DNA of 62,488 nt, the filler included. It is 14 parts of 14 records of this genome, joined end to end, with 100 filler letters (N's around TTAATTAATTAA, not from the genome) between each part and the next. Parts side by side here need not be neighbours in the genome. Positions count along the whole stretch, not along the records: positions 1 to 4,383 come from SRR11831585_334; positions 4,484 to 8,854 come from SRR11831585_346; positions 8,955 to 16,956 come from SRR11831585_350; 11 more parts are not named here. One strand, given 5' to 3'. The number at the start of each line of letters is the position of its first letter. Within the stretch, counting starts at the first letter, position 1. Both the position numbers and the translations under genes were made by a program. The notes under the pieces are model-generated. The model was given only the letters and a program-made list of their open reading frames with translations, did no database searches and was not told where the DNA came from. Positions 1 to 12,171 of this stretch are shown here, one piece after another.

Positions 1-1098
1 ATCGTGACCACCACGGTTCAGTGCCCAGATCTGCTCGTCAGTCCAGTCTGCAACCAGTGCTGCGGTTTCAGGATATTTACCGAAGAAGTGTTCACGAACG
101 TACGCACCATCTTTCGATTTGAAGGTCTGGTAGTCGCCGTCAACGGTTTCGTTCATCAGCTGGATCAGTTTACCGCTGGTATCCTTACGCAGCAGTTCAT
201 CCCAACGGCTACCCCACATCACTTTGATCACGTTCCAGCCAGCACCTTCGAAGATGCCTTCCAGTTCGTTGATGATCTTGCCGTTACCGGTGACCGGGCC
301 GTCAAGACGCTGCAGGTTACAGTTGATAACGAAGACCAGGTTATCCAGTTTTTCACGGGTAGCGATGGTGATCGCACCTTTGGATTCCGGTTCGTCCATT
401 TCACCGTCACCGAGGAACGCGTAAACGGTTTGTTTAGAGGTATCTTTCAGGCCACGGTGTTCCAGATATTTCAGGAATTTAGCCTGGTAAATAGCACCAA
501 TCGGACCCAGACCCATAGATACGGTCGGGAACTGCCAGAATTCCGGCATCAGTTTCGGGTGCGGATAGGAAGAGAGGCCATTGCCGTGAACTTCCTGACG
601 GAAGTTATCCAGCTGCTCCTGAGTCAGACGACCTTCCAGGAAAGCACGAGCGTACACGCCCGGGGAGATGTGGCCCTGGAAGTAAACCAGGTCGCCGCCA
701 TCCTGCTCGTTGCGTGCACGGAAGAAGTGGTTAAAGCACACATCATAAATGGTTGCGGAAGACTGGAAGGACGCCATATGGCCGCCCAGTTCGAGGTCTT
801 TTTTCGACGCACGCAGCACCGTCATGATGGCGTTCCAGCGGATAGCTGAACGAATACGGCGTTCCAGTTCCAGATTACCCGGATACTCCGGTTGTTCTTC
901 AACGGGGATGGTGTTGATGTAGTTGCTGATACCTGTGCCTGCGGCTACGTTTACACCGCCTTTGCGGGCTTCAGCAAGCAGTTGGTCGATCAGATACTGA
1001 GCACGCTCAACACCTTCTTCACGGATGACCGATTCGATCGCCTGGAGCCAGTCGCGAGTTTCGATCGGATCCACGTCATTTGGGAAACGTTCTGACAT
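1..1098 (-). CDS. aceE: Pyruvate dehydrogenase E1 component, 5' part (runs off the window edge)
   Basis: Minus strand from ATG at 1098 reads [29 protein letters not shown]; lies downstream of pdhR as in E. coli. Missing from the ORF track because it has no stop in the window. Confidence 0.97.
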   Translation of the reverse strand, partial: MSERFPNDVDPIETRDWLQAIESVIREEGVERAQYLIDQLLAEARKGGVNVAAGTGISNYINTIPVEEQPEYPGNLELERRIRSAIRWNAIMTVLRASKKDLELGGHMASFQSSATIYDVCFNHFFRARNEQDGGDLVYFQGHISPGVYARAFLEGRLTQEQLDNFRQEVHGNGLSSYPHPKLMPEFWQFPTVSMGLGPIGAIYQAKFLKYLEHRGLKDTSKQTVYAFLGDGEMDEPESKGAITIATREKLDNLVFVINCNLQRLDGPVTGNGKIINELEGIFEGAGWNVIKVMWGSRWDELLRKDTSGKLIQLMNETVDGDYQTFKSKDGAYVREHFFGKYPETAALVADWTDEQIWALNRGGHD

Positions 1099-1258
1099 GG
1101 GTTATTCCTTATCTATCTAATAACGTTGAGTTTTCTGGAACCTGTCCCATTGAACTCTCGCCGGAAAGCTCAATAAGACAGGTTCTACGTTTAGTTGCCG
1201 CGCTTTTATATGCGCTTGATTTACAACATCTTCTGGATAATTTTTACCAGAAAAATCA

Positions 1259-2023
1259 CTAATTCTTTCGTTGCTCCAGACGACGCAGAGAACGCTCACG
1301 GCGGCTCTCTTCACGACTTCTGTCGAGCAAAATTTCTTCGATAAAGGCCAGATGGCGATGCGATGCTTCGCGCGCTTCTTCCGGCTTACCGGCCATAATC
1401 GCTTCAAATATGCGGGTGCGGTGACTACTCACCAGCGGCAGCATCTCGCGACGCGAATAGAGCAATTCGAAGTTCTGGCGGACATTCTGGGCCAACATCG
1501 GCTCCATACACCTTAGCAGATGAAGCAGAACCACATTGTGGGCCGCTTCGGTGACGGCAATCTGATACTGGAGTACGGCGTTTGATTCCGCGTCCAGATC
1601 GCCAGACTGCTGCGCCAGCTCTATGGCGTGGTGGAGTTCACGGATGCGTTCCTTGTCTTCATCGGTACTACGCAGCGCGGCGTAATAAGCGGCGATACCT
1701 TCCAGGGCGTGTCGTGTTTCGAGCAAGTCATACTGTGACTCAGGATGGTCGGAGAGCAGCTCCACCAGCGGATCGCTGAAGCTTTGCCATAGGCTGCTCT
1801 GGACAAAAGTGCCGCCACCCTGGCGACGAAGCAACAAGCCCTTCGCTTCGAGACGTTGAATCGCCTCACGCAAGGAGGGACGGGAGACGTCAAACTGTTT
1901 TGCCAGTTCGCGTTCCGGTGGGAGTTTTTCGCCCGGGCGGAGAGTGCCTTCGAGGATCAAAAACTCCAGTTGCTGCTCAATCACATCGGAGAGTTTTGGT
2001 TGGCGGATTTTGCTGTAGGCCAT
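1259..2023 (-). CDS. pdhR: GntR-family pyruvate dehydrogenase complex repressor
   Basis: [20 protein letters not shown]..., 254 aa from ATG at 2023; GntR HTH '[21 protein letters not shown]'. Confidence 0.98.
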
Positions 2024-2054
2024 GAGTTCCTGTCTTAAGCCACTTGCCGAAGTC

Positions 2055-2071
2055 AATTGGTCTTACCAATT
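2055..2071. promoter_or_regulatory. PdhR operator
   Basis: Palindrome AATTGGtcttaCCAATT just upstream of pdhR matches the PdhR box. Confidence 0.9.
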
Positions 2072-2452
2072 TCATGTCTGTGACGCTAAAGTAACAAAGT
2101 ATTCACCTTATGTCCATACAGGTTTTGATTGAAATCATGAAACTGTGCACATTTTAACAACTTGACATATATAACGTTTCAAAGTTGTAACTATGCACAA
2201 ATGTAGACTTTACGTAGGAAAGGAGTTTTTTAACGATTATTAAACTATAAAAATCCGAATTGAACCGATTCACTTACCAATTTTGTGATTTTTAATTCAA
2301 TTAAAACGAATTTAAATTCATTCTACATATTGAGAGGGGTTGAGGCTGAGCTTTACAAACGGTTTCTTTTTAAGCAACTCATCTTCAACCATGCATAAAG
2401 CGGGTGCATTCGCTGCCGCATACCATTATTCTTGATCTGACGGAAGTCTTTT

Positions 2453-2493
2453 TGTAACAATTCAAACTTCTTTGATGTAAACAAATTAATACA
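2453..2493. promoter_or_regulatory. Tandem TyrR boxes upstream of aroP
   Basis: TGTAAACAAATTAATACA (2476-2493) fits TGTAAA-N6-TTTACA; weaker box at 2453-2470. Confidence 0.75.
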
Positions 2494-2563
2494 ACAAACG
2501 GAATTGCAAACTTACACACGCATCACTGCGTAGATCAAAAAAACAACCACCGCACGAGGTTTC

Positions 2564-3937
2564 ATGATGGAAGGTCAACAGCACGGCGAGCAGCTAAAGC
2601 GCGGCCTTAAAAACCGCCATATTCAGCTTATCGCGCTGGGTGGCGCGATAGGGACCGGGTTATTCCTGGGTAGCGCCTCCGTAATACAGTCCGCAGGGCC
2701 AGGGATTATCCTGGGTTACGCCATTGCTGGTTTTATCGCCTTTCTGATCATGCGTCAGCTGGGTGAAATGGTGGTCGAAGAACCTGTCGCAGGCTCCTTT
2801 AGCCACTTTGCTTATAAATACTGGGGCAGTTTTGCCGGTTTCGCCTCTGGCTGGAACTACTGGGTACTGTACGTTTTAGTTGCCATGGCTGAGCTGACTG
2901 CCGTGGGTAAATACATTCAGTTCTGGTATCCGGAAATCCCCACCTGGGTTTCTGCCGCCGTATTCTTTGTGGTGATTAACGCCATCAACCTGACCAACGT
3001 TAAAGTGTTTGGCGAGATGGAGTTCTGGTTTGCCATTATCAAAGTTATCGCGGTGGTAGCGATGATCATCTTCGGCGGCTGGCTGCTATTCAGTGGCAAC
3101 GGCGGCCCGCAGGCGACCGTTAGCAACCTGTGGGATCAGGGTGGTTTCCTGCCGCACGGCTTCACCGGGCTGGTGATGATGATGGCGATTATCATGTTCT
3201 CGTTCGGTGGTCTGGAACTGGTGGGGATCACCGCAGCAGAAGCTGATAACCCGGAGCAAAGTATACCGAAAGCAACTAACCAGGTTATCTACCGCATCCT
3301 GATTTTCTATATTGGTTCGTTAGCCGTTCTGCTCTCACTGATGCCGTGGACCCGCGTTACCGCCGATACCAGTCCGTTTGTGCTGATCTTCCACGAGTTA
3401 GGCGATACCTTTGTGGCGAATGCGCTGAACATCGTGGTACTGACTGCGGCGCTCTCCGTGTACAACAGCTGCGTATATTGCAACAGCCGTATGCTGTTTG
3501 GTCTGGCACAACAGGGTAATGCGCCAAAAGCGCTGGCGTCTGTCGATAAACGTGGTGTACCAGTAAATACCATTCTGGTGTCTGCACTGGTAACGGCGTT
3601 GTGCGTACTGATTAACTACCTTGCCCCAGAGTCCGCTTTCGGACTGTTAATGGCGCTGGTGGTATCTGCACTGGTAATCAACTGGGCGATGATTAGCCTG
3701 GCGCATATGAAATTCCGTCGCGCCAAGCAGGAACAAGGCGTGGTAACTCGCTTCCCTGCTCTGCTTTATCCGCTGGGTAACTGGATCTGCCTGCTGTTTA
3801 TGGCGGCGGTACTGGTGATTATGCTGATGACCCCAGGAATGGCGATTTCGGTATACCTGATCCCGGTATGGCTGATCGTGTTAGGTATCGGCTATCTGTT
3901 TAAAGAGAAAACCGCCAAAGCCGTAAAAGCGCATTAA
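2564..3937 (+). CDS. aroP: Aromatic amino acid permease (APC family)
   Basis: 457-aa ORF, LKRGLKNRHIQLIALGGAIGTGLF motif; divergent from pdhR. Confidence 0.98.
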   Translation: MMEGQQHGEQLKRGLKNRHIQLIALGGAIGTGLFLGSASVIQSAGPGIILGYAIAGFIAFLIMRQLGEMVVEEPVAGSFSHFAYKYWGSFAGFASGWNYWVLYVLVAMAELTAVGKYIQFWYPEIPTWVSAAVFFVVINAINLTNVKVFGEMEFWFAIIKVIAVVAMIIFGGWLLFSGNGGPQATVSNLWDQGGFLPHGFTGLVMMMAIIMFSFGGLELVGITAAEADNPEQSIPKATNQVIYRILIFYIGSLAVLLSLMPWTRVTADTSPFVLIFHELGDTFVANALNIVVLTAALSVYNSCVYCNSRMLFGLAQQGNAPKALASVDKRGVPVNTILVSALVTALCVLINYLAPESAFGLLMALVVSALVINWAMISLAHMKFRRAKQEQGVVTRFPALLYPLGNWICLLFMAAVLVIMLMTPGMAISVYLIPVWLIVLGIGYLFKEKTAKAVKAH

Positions 3938-3947
3938 TCTCTCTACG

Positions 3948-3970
3948 CCCTCACCCGTACAGGGTGAGGG
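3948..3970. terminator. Hairpin between convergent aroP and ampE (BoxC-like)
   Basis: CCCTCACCC-gtaca-GGGTGAGGG inverted repeat. Confidence 0.6.
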
Positions 3971-3979
3971 CAATAATCT

Positions 3980-4383
3980 TTACACCAACGCCCCGTAAAT
4001 CGTCAGTAGTGCAATCACCACCACGACCACGAACGAGGTTTTCTTCGCCATTGAAACCGCTGCCTTCGGCGTCTCCACCTTATCGACATGCGGTTCACGC
4101 GCCAGAGAGAACTGCGCCAGACGCGTTAACACCTGATACTGCGAAGTATGGAAATCACCCAGCGAAGCAAACCAGGCCGGTAACGCTTTCTCACCATGAC
4201 CGATCAAGGCATATACCACACCCGCAAGACGAACCGGCACCCAATCCAGTACATGAAGCACGGCATCAATGCCGGACTGTAAACGATGATGCGGCGTCTG
4301 ATATCGCGCCAGCCAGTATTGCCATGCACGCAAAAACGCATACCCCATCAGCGTAACGGGTCCCCAGGTTCCCCCCACAATCA
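3980..4383 (-). CDS. ampE: AmpE inner-membrane protein, 3' part
   Basis: C-terminus ...[21 protein letters not shown]; convergent with aroP as in E. coli; cut by contig end. Confidence 0.92.
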
Positions 4384-4483
4384 NNNNNNNNNNNNNNNNN
4401 NNNNNNNNNNNNNNNNNNNNNNNNNNNTTAATTAATTAANNNNNNNNNNNNNNNNNNNNNNNNNNNNNNNNNNNNNNNNNNNN
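4384..4483. other. Artificial contig linker (first of 13)
   Basis: 44N-TTAATTAATTAA-44N (stops in all six frames). Identical linkers start at 8855, 16957, 19362, 27367, 36272, 39627, 42315, 45871, 53350, 55484, 57671 and 59841. Confidence 0.99.
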
Positions 4484-4500
4484 TCACGCCGCATCCGGCA
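4484..4500. repeat. Partial REP sequence at contig end
   Basis: TCACGCCGCATCCGGCA is an enterobacterial REP half. Confidence 0.85.
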
Positions 4501-4566
4501 TGAACAAAGCGCACTATGTCACAATCTGAAGCGGGCCAGCTGACCCGCTCGTTTTGGTGCGTACGA

Positions 4567-6066
4567 TTACAGGAACTGCAAGGAGAGCCAGTACAGCCCG
4601 CCGGAAAGCAGTACCGCAGCCGGAAGGGTAAACACCCAGGCCATCAGAATGCTGGTCACGGTTTTACGCTGTAAGCCGCCACCATCTACCACCATCGTCC
4701 CCGCGACAGAAGAGGAGAGTACGTGAGTAGTGGAAACCGGCATCCCGGTATAACTCGCCAGGCCGATAGACACTGCCGCCGTCATCTGGGCAGACATCCC
4801 CTGAGCGTAGGTCATGCCTTTCTTACCGATTTTCTCACCGATAGTCGTTGCCACACGGCGCCAGCCAATCATCGTACCGATACCTAACGCCAGCGCGACC
4901 GCCATGATGATCCACACCGGTGCATACTCGATGGTGCTAAGCATGTCGGACTTCAGTTTCTTCAACAGGCGCTGATCGTCAGCACTCACGCCAGGCATCT
5001 TCACCACTTTGTCGATAGTGTCAGAAACGCACAGCATAATGCGGCGCATCTGGCTACGTTGATCAAGCGACAGCTTGTCGTAGCTTTCCACATCGGTGGT
5101 CAACATACCTTTCAGGCGGTTGAGCGCGTTAATGGTATTCGACGGATGGCAGTGGAACTCCGCAGGTTGCGTTGCGCCAGCTTCCGGAGCCGGTACTAAC
5201 TGATCAGCACCGGTAGCCTGTTTGAGCAGCGCAGGATGCTGCTCAAAGTAAGCTTCGACGTTGTTGATGGCATCACGGGTACGGGTGATTTCGTAGCCAG
5301 TGGCATTCATGTTCACCACGAAGCCTGCTGGCGCGACGCCAATCAATACCAACATAACCAGACCAATGCCTTTCTGACCATCGTTCGCGCCGTGCGAAAA
5401 CGCCACGCCGATAGCGGAAAGGATCAGCGCAATACGCGTCCAGAACGGCGGCTTTTTCTTGCCGTCTTTCTTTTCACGCTCCGCTGGGGTCAGGTGGATA
5501 CGGGCGCGTTTCTTGGTGCCGCTCCAGTAGCGACGCAGCAAGAAAATCAGACCGCCAGCAAACACCAGGCCGACAATAGGGGAAACGATCAGAGAACCGA
5601 AAATACTTAATACTTTCGGGATATTGAGTGCATCCACCACTGACGTCCCGGTCATCAACGCATTGGTTAAACCAATCCCGATGATCGCGCCAATCAGCGT
5701 ATGAGAGCTGGATGCAGGTAAACCAAAGTACCAGGTACCCAGGTTCCAGATAATCGCCGCCAGCAACATAGAGAACACCATGGCAAGGCCATGAGACGAT
5801 CCCATATTAAGCAGCAGATCCGTCGGCAGCATATGCACAATGGCATAGGCAACACTCAGACCACCCAGCAAAACACCCAAAAAGTTGAATACCGCCGCCA
5901 TAACCACGGCGAGCTGAGAACGCATCGCGCGGGTATAGATAACGGTTGCCACGGCGTTGGCTGTGTCATGGAAACCATTGATGGCTTCGTAGAACAGCAC
6001 AAAAGCCAGTGCAAGCAATAATAACAGCCCGGTATGCAAATCCAGGCCAGCAAACAAATGTAGCAT
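4567..6066 (-). CDS. pitA: Low-affinity inorganic phosphate transporter
   Basis: 499 aa; PiT signatures [11 protein letters not shown] and HGANDGQKG. Confidence 0.97.
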
Positions 6067-6297
6067 AGGACGTTACGCCATTTTGAGGACATGAACGCGG
6101 CGCATTATCAGTGACTTTCGCGGCGCGGGCAAAGTGAAATATAGACTTTTTTTGATTTGCCCCCTGTATGGATTTCACTCAAAAAATAATTATCTTATAT
6201 AATTCAGGCAAATACTTCCTTTTAGTAATATTGATGCTGGTGCGACCACTGAGGAATCTTTACAATTCACGCCCGTTTTTTCTAAGAGGAGCGCAAC

Positions 6298-7500
6298 GTG
6301 GAAAGGTTTGATGCCATTATTATAGGCGCTGGTGCGGCGGGTATGTTCTGTTCTGCGCTGGCAGGTCAGGCAGGACGCCGGGTTCTGCTGATCGATAATG
6401 GTAAAAAACCAGGGCGCAAAATCCTTATGTCTGGCGGTGGGCGCTGCAACTTTACCAACCTTTATGTCGAACCAGGCGCTTATCTGAGCCAGAATCCGCA
6501 TTTTTGTAAGTCTGCACTCGCACGTTTTACCCAGTGGGATTTCATTGATCTGGTCAATAAACACGGCATCGCCTGGCACGAGAAAACGTTAGGGCAACTC
6601 TTCTGCGATGACTCCGCGCAGCAGATTGTCGACATGCTGGTGGATGAGTGCGAGAAGGGCAATGTGACCTTCAGATTGCGTAGCGAAGTGCTGAGTGTGG
6701 CGAAGGATGAAACAGGCTTCACGCTTGATCTGAACGGCATGACTGTCGGTTGCGAAAAGCTGGTCATCGCGACTGGTGGGCTGTCAATGCCGGGGCTGGG
6801 CGCGTCGCCGTTTGGTTATAAGATTGCCGAACAATTTGGCCTCAACGTGCTGCCGACCCGCGCGGGTCTGGTGCCATTCACTCTGCATAAACCGTTGCTC
6901 GAAGAGTTACAGGTGCTGGCGGGCGTGGCGGTGCCTTCCGTGATTACCGCTGAAAACGGCACCGTTTTCCGTGAGAACTTACTCTTCACCCACCGCGGCT
7001 TGTCTGGACCGGCGGTGTTGCAGATTTCAAGCTACTGGCAACCGGGGGAATTTGTCAGCATCAATCTGCTACCGGATGTGGACCTCGAAACCTTCCTGAA
7101 TGAGCAGCGTAACGCACATCCGAATCAAAGCCTGAAAAACACACTGGCGGTTCATCTACCGAAGCGGTTGGTTGAACGCTTACAGCAACTCGGGCAAATC
7201 CCGGATGTTTCGCTAAAACAGCTCAACGTGCGTGACCAACAGGCACTGATTAGCACATTGACCGACTGGCGCGTACAACCCAACGGCACTGAAGGCTATC
7301 GCACTGCCGAAGTGACGCTCGGCGGCGTGGACACCAACGAACTCTCTTCACGGACGATGGAAGCGCGCAAAGTGCCTGGGCTGTACTTCATCGGCGAAGT
7401 GATGGACGTCACCGGCTGGCTGGGGGGCTATAACTTCCAGTGGGCGTGGTCGAGTGCGTGGGCTTGTGCGCAGGATTTGATTGCAGCAAAGTCGTCCTGA
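6298..7500 (+). CDS. yhiN: NAD(P)/FAD-dependent oxidoreductase (HI0933/BaiN family)
   Basis: GAGAAG, KILMSGGGRCNFTN and GGYNFQWA motifs; GTG start; divergent from pitA. Confidence 0.93.
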   Translation: MERFDAIIIGAGAAGMFCSALAGQAGRRVLLIDNGKKPGRKILMSGGGRCNFTNLYVEPGAYLSQNPHFCKSALARFTQWDFIDLVNKHGIAWHEKTLGQLFCDDSAQQIVDMLVDECEKGNVTFRLRSEVLSVAKDETGFTLDLNGMTVGCEKLVIATGGLSMPGLGASPFGYKIAEQFGLNVLPTRAGLVPFTLHKPLLEELQVLAGVAVPSVITAENGTVFRENLLFTHRGLSGPAVLQISSYWQPGEFVSINLLPDVDLETFLNEQRNAHPNQSLKNTLAVHLPKRLVERLQQLGQIPDVSLKQLNVRDQQALISTLTDWRVQPNGTEGYRTAEVTLGGVDTNELSSRTMEARKVPGLYFIGEVMDVTGWLGGYNFQWAWSSAWACAQDLIAAKSS

Positions 7501-7814
7501 CCTATTTCCTAAAGATGAAAATTATTAGAGTCGCATTAAAAATGAGCTAATTTTGATAGTGGTTATCTTGTGATTATTTTCTAATGAGCCCGTGAACTGA
7601 AACCCTCCATGCTTAATATAAGGTGGATGGAAAGGTGATTGAAAACTCACTCAGTGGCCAGATCTTTATGAAATATGAACAGGTTGAAAAAAACAGTAAC
7701 TTTGCTGTTTTTTATACTTAACCACTATGCATTAATGCTGCGTTATTTCATGATGCCTAAGAAAAACCAGCGTTACGCAAATGGTCAACGCTGGTTTTAT
7801 CCGGTACGTTGCAA

Positions 7815-8854
7815 TTATTTTTTAGCAGAACCCGCTTCTAATATTGAAACGATTGAGAACAACGTAAAGCATACCGCTCCCAAACCGACCAGAACTCGCG
7901 AAGGAATAAAATATCCCATGTCGGTCTGCGCCATTTCCGCAAGAAACGATGCCAGGAAAAGGCAAAACAGGCAGGTGAAGACGGGAATCATCGGTATTCT
8001 GTTGGCTAACGAACAGGTACGTCTCCATACCAGTGCCAGTAGCCAGACTTTTGAGAATATGCTGTAACAGATCATTCCGAGGCAAATAAGAATAATGCCG
8101 GGAGCCAGTCGGGCGCTTGCATCGGAACTGACTAAGACGTATATCCCCTGCAGTACCGTGATTGAGCCGAGAAAAATAACCCAATAACACCACAGCCAGT
8201 GTTCTTTAGTTGAAAACGTATTACGTGTTTGATGGACAATTGTGGCAACAAGGCCAATTAGACAGGCACAGATTGCGGTTAACCCAAGCAATACGTGACC
8301 CGCGACATAATGCGGAGTTATGTCAGCACTACGTAACAGCGTAATAGACCAAATGAAACCGAGCAGGGTGAGTAAAACGGGAACGGCAATGAGGCAGTTA
8401 CCGATTAATGAAGAATAAGCCTGTACCGGTGTTCCGTCGCTCTTGCTCCCCGCTGCATTTTTGGGAATGAGCAGAAAGTGACCGGATGACGCTGCCACCG
8501 TCGATACACAGGCGGCAATCATACCAACGCCGAAAATAACATGGCCGGCGACAAACTCGTCTGCCATCACATCATTGCCTGCTAACAGTGCCCAACCCCA
8601 TATCATGGTGATAATTGACCCCGCATAGCCAATAATGGGGAACAATGTATTGTAAAACGTATTAACGCCGCGCGTGAGCTGCGAAATGATAATAAATGCG
8701 GTAGTGAATAATGCCAGGCATATGGCCGCCAGAGAAATCAGCACATGACCCGCGACGAAATACTCGCTTTGCCCTGAACTTTCCAGCACAAAGCCACCTA
8801 ACGCGATACAAATTAAGCCCATAATCAAAGGGATTAATTTGAAAAGCCACCCGA
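7815..8854 (-). CDS. yhiM: Inner-membrane acid-resistance protein, 5' end truncated
   Basis: Hydrophobic ORF with repeated FVAGHV motifs; next to yhiN; N-terminus lost at the linker. Confidence 0.88.
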
Positions 8855-8954
8855 NNNNNNNNNNNNNNNNNNNNNNNNNNNNNNNNNNNNNNNNNNNNTT
8901 AATTAATTAANNNNNNNNNNNNNNNNNNNNNNNNNNNNNNNNNNNNNNNNNNNN

Positions 8955-10120
8955 AGGCCATCAAGACCGCGAATCGGTTTAATGGTTGACCAGGCCCGAC
9001 AAGACGGACAATGCCAGTAGAGGGTGTATGCGGTAAAACCACATTTCTGGCAACGATAACGAGGCTTACTACGTACCTTCTCGCCAACCATGTCACGCAG
9101 CACCATCAGGCTCTCTTTGGCACGCCCTTCTTCCGCTTCATTTAAGTGGTAATCCATTAACTTATGGAACACACGCATGGTCGGATGACGCTGAAGCTGG
9201 CGCGTAATATAGACCTGTGCGGCCTCACTACCGTCGCGCGCTTCGATGATATCAGCAAGCATCAATTCAGCATCGGCACCGGTGTTCTCTTCCACCGCAC
9301 GCTGCAGGAATTCTGCCCATTCGGCAGTTTTACCCAACTGCTGATAGCAGGTTTGCAACATTTCCAGCGTTTCGCTGACCAGTTCTCTGTCCTGGGATAT
9401 CACGCGTTGCAGACTTTCGACGGCTTTGGCGTATTCTCCTTTCGCCATAAACACGCGTCCCATCATTATGGATACGCGGGCGCTGTTTTTATCTGCCGCC
9501 GCCCCTTTTTTTAGCAAGGTCATGGCACGATCGAGATCGTCGCTGGCCATATGCTGCAGGGCTAACTCACAGTAGAAATGGGCAATTTCGACGCGCTGTT
9601 TATCTTTACCCAGCTTCACCAGGCGTTCGGCAACATCAATTGCTTTCTGCCACTCACTGGTAGCCTGGTAGATTTGTAGCAACTGTTGCAGCGCGCCAAT
9701 GCGGAAGTCAGTTTCATCGGTCAGCTGATTGAACATGTCTTCCGCGCGGTCATATAACCCGGCGGCCATGTAATCACGCCCCAGTTGTTGAATCGCCAAC
9801 AGACGCTGTTCATAGGTCAGCGAGGCGCTTTCCATTAGGGTCTGATGGATGCGAATAGCGCGATCAACTTCGCCACGCGAACGGAACAGGTTTCCGAGCG
9901 TAAGGTGGGCTTCAACGGTGCCTGTATCCTCTTTAAGCATATCGAGAAACAGGTCTACCGCTTTATCCTGTTGATTACTAAGCAGGAAGTTAACCCCCGC
10001 TACGTAATCACGCGACAAGCGGTTGGCTTCATCTTGCTTGTTTTGTTGCGCACTTCTGCGGCCCATATACCAGCCATAGGCAGCGGCTACAGGCAAAAGC
10101 AGAAACAACAACTCCAGCAT
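8955..10120 (-). CDS. lapB: LPS assembly protein B (TPR + rubredoxin), last codon(s) cut
   Basis: MLELLFLLLPVAAAYGWYMG...CQKCGF...CPSC...IRGLDG. Confidence 0.97.
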
Positions 10121-10126
10121 AGAAAG

Positions 10127-10435
10127 TTATTCCTTCGCCGCTGACGAGTGCGGCACTACAGCCACGTCAGTCGCGGGTGAAAGCTGGTTTTCCAGTCGCT
10201 TTATTTTACGTTCAGCGCGCGCCAGGGAAACACGAACTCGCAGCCAGAACAGGCCACAAATCAACCAACCGATAGCAAACCCCGCAGCAAACAATACCGC
10301 CAGCAATGTGGAAATACGGTACTCCCCTTGCGCTAACAGATAATTAAACGTCACCTGTTGATCGTTCTGCGCACCCAACGTGACCGAAATCACGAAGATC
10401 GCTAACACCAGTAAGAAAATGAGTAAATATTTCAC
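10127..10435 (-). CDS. lapA: LPS assembly protein A
   Basis: 102 aa, MKYLLIFLLVLAIFVISVTLGAQNDQ; upstream of lapB. Confidence 0.95.
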   Translation of the reverse strand: MKYLLIFLLVLAIFVISVTLGAQNDQQVTFNYLLAQGEYRISTLLAVLFAAGFAIGWLICGLFWLRVRVSLARAERKIKRLENQLSPATDVAVVPHSSAAKE

Positions 10436-10583
10436 ATTACTTCCCGTTATGTGGTTAGAGCGAATAAATTATGGTCAACTTACCGCAATAGCCCTTTAAA
10501 GTACCATTTTCGCGCCGTCTGCGAAATGGCATCCACACGCATTGTTGATGATTTAAGGGCTAAATTCGGAAAATCAACCAGCG

Positions 10584-11348
10584 TTAACTTTCTTGTTCTC
10601 GTTGCGCTATTTCGCGATTTTCTTCCGCAGGTGGTGTTAATGGCCCACAAATTCGTTGCGCAAGCCACGTTGCCACCGCCACCAGCGCCCACGAAATCAA
10701 CGTAGCTACTACCAGATCGCGTGGCCAATGCATCCCGAGCAGCAGGCGGCTTCCCATGACTCCCGTTGCCCAGACCAGCAAGATAGCAATGGTTAACGTT
10801 CGCCGACGCGGCCACAGCAAACCAACGGCCAGCAGTGCCCAACTGGCAGCAAACATCGTGTGACCGGAAGGAAAGGCAAACCCCGTCTCTTTCTGCCAGT
10901 GTGAACGCAAATATTGTGGGATATTTTTCTCTTCAGCCAACTGTTCTTTCACTAGATTTCCGCGTTCTGCTCGCTTTAAAGTGTAGAACTCATCAACCGG
11001 AATATGATGTGTTTTTTCCAGCCAGATAACAAAAGGTCGTGGTTCCTGGACTTTGTCTTTGATCCAGGATTTAACGCCTTGTCCCACAAGGATTGCGGCC
11101 GCCAGAATGGCAAATAATACAAAGGCAGCCTTAATGCGAAAACGCAGACACCAGAGAAACCAGCCGAATAAAATCAAATGTGTAATGACGCCCCAGGGCT
11201 GGGTGACAGTTTCAGTAACCCAAAAAGCCGCTTTTAGTAGCCAACTTTGTTCTCCAGGTTGCCAACGCCAGCCAGAAATCCATACGGCTACTGGCATGAC
11301 AAGCAATAGTGCAGCTCCCACTGCGGTACGTCTGGCAATCGAACGCAT
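10584..11348 (-). CDS. pgpB: Phosphatidylglycerophosphatase B (PAP2)
   Basis: PAP2 motifs K..V.EPRP, FPSGH, SRLLLGMHW. Confidence 0.97.
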   Translation of the reverse strand: MRSIARRTAVGAALLLVMPVAVWISGWRWQPGEQSWLLKAAFWVTETVTQPWGVITHLILFGWFLWCLRFRIKAAFVLFAILAAAILVGQGVKSWIKDKVQEPRPFVIWLEKTHHIPVDEFYTLKRAERGNLVKEQLAEEKNIPQYLRSHWQKETGFAFPSGHTMFAASWALLAVGLLWPRRRTLTIAILLVWATGVMGSRLLLGMHWPRDLVVATLISWALVAVATWLAQRICGPLTPPAEENREIAQREQES

Positions 11349-11517
11349 GGCCTCTCCTTTTTGATAAGTCCCACAATCATAACTGAAAACGCCAGTTCCA
11401 GGAAAAATTGACAGATTTGTGCCATTCCGTGAACGATCGACGCGTCGTGATTAGGTGAACCCCTTCTCGTTATGGCAAAATAAGCCAATACAGAACCAGC
11501 ATTATCTGGAGAATTTC

Positions 11518-12108
11518 ATGCAGCTTAAACGTGTGGCAGAAGCCAAACTGCCAACCCCATGGGGCGATTTCCTGATGGTGGGATTTGAAGAACTGGCAAC
11601 CGGACACGATCATGTCGCGCTAGTCTATGGCGATATTTCCGGGCATACCCCGGTACTTGCGCGCGTCCATTCCGAATGTCTGACCGGTGACGCCCTGTTC
11701 AGCTTGCGCTGCGATTGTGGCTTCCAGCTCGAAGCGGCATTGACGCAAATTGCCGAGGAAGGCCGTGGTATTTTGCTGTATCACCGTCAGGAAGGTCGTA
11801 ACATTGGTCTGCTGAATAAAATCCGCGCTTACGCACTGCAGGATCAAGGTTACGATACCGTAGAGGCTAACCACCAGTTAGGCTTCGCCGCTGATGAGCG
11901 CGACTTCACTCTTTGCGCTGATATGTTCAAACTCCTTGGCGTCAATGAAGTCCGCTTGTTAACCAATAACCCGAAAAAAGTCGAAATTCTGACCGAAGCA
12001 GGGATTAATATTGTTGAACGCGTACCATTGATTGTAGGTCGTAACCCCAATAACGAACATTATCTCGATACCAAAGCCGAGAAAATGGGCCATTTGCTGA
12101 ACAAATAA
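11518..12108 (+). CDS. ribA: GTP cyclohydrolase II
   Basis: [16 protein letters not shown]...[10 protein letters not shown]...CDCG; 196 aa from ATG at 11518. Confidence 0.98.
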
Positions 12109-12171
12109 CCCTCTTGCATTGTGTAATTCATTTGCTTGCCGGAAGCAAAATAACCGGCAAGCAAATAGTTG

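Noticed and set aside
4..849. Long antisense ORFs (4-849, 21108-21821, 25803-26573, 27852-28556, 34176-35306, 46697-47734)
   Set aside because: Shadow frames opposite well-known E. coli genes; no independent support.
4428..4439. Recurrent TTAATTAATTAA palindrome as a biological repeat or CRISPR-like unit
   Set aside because: It is always centred in exactly 44+44 Ns, so it is an assembly spacer.
8829..8854. yhiM, ampE and lapB truncations as pseudogenes or IS insertion sites
   Set aside because: They end at contig edges and no IS terminal repeat is visible.
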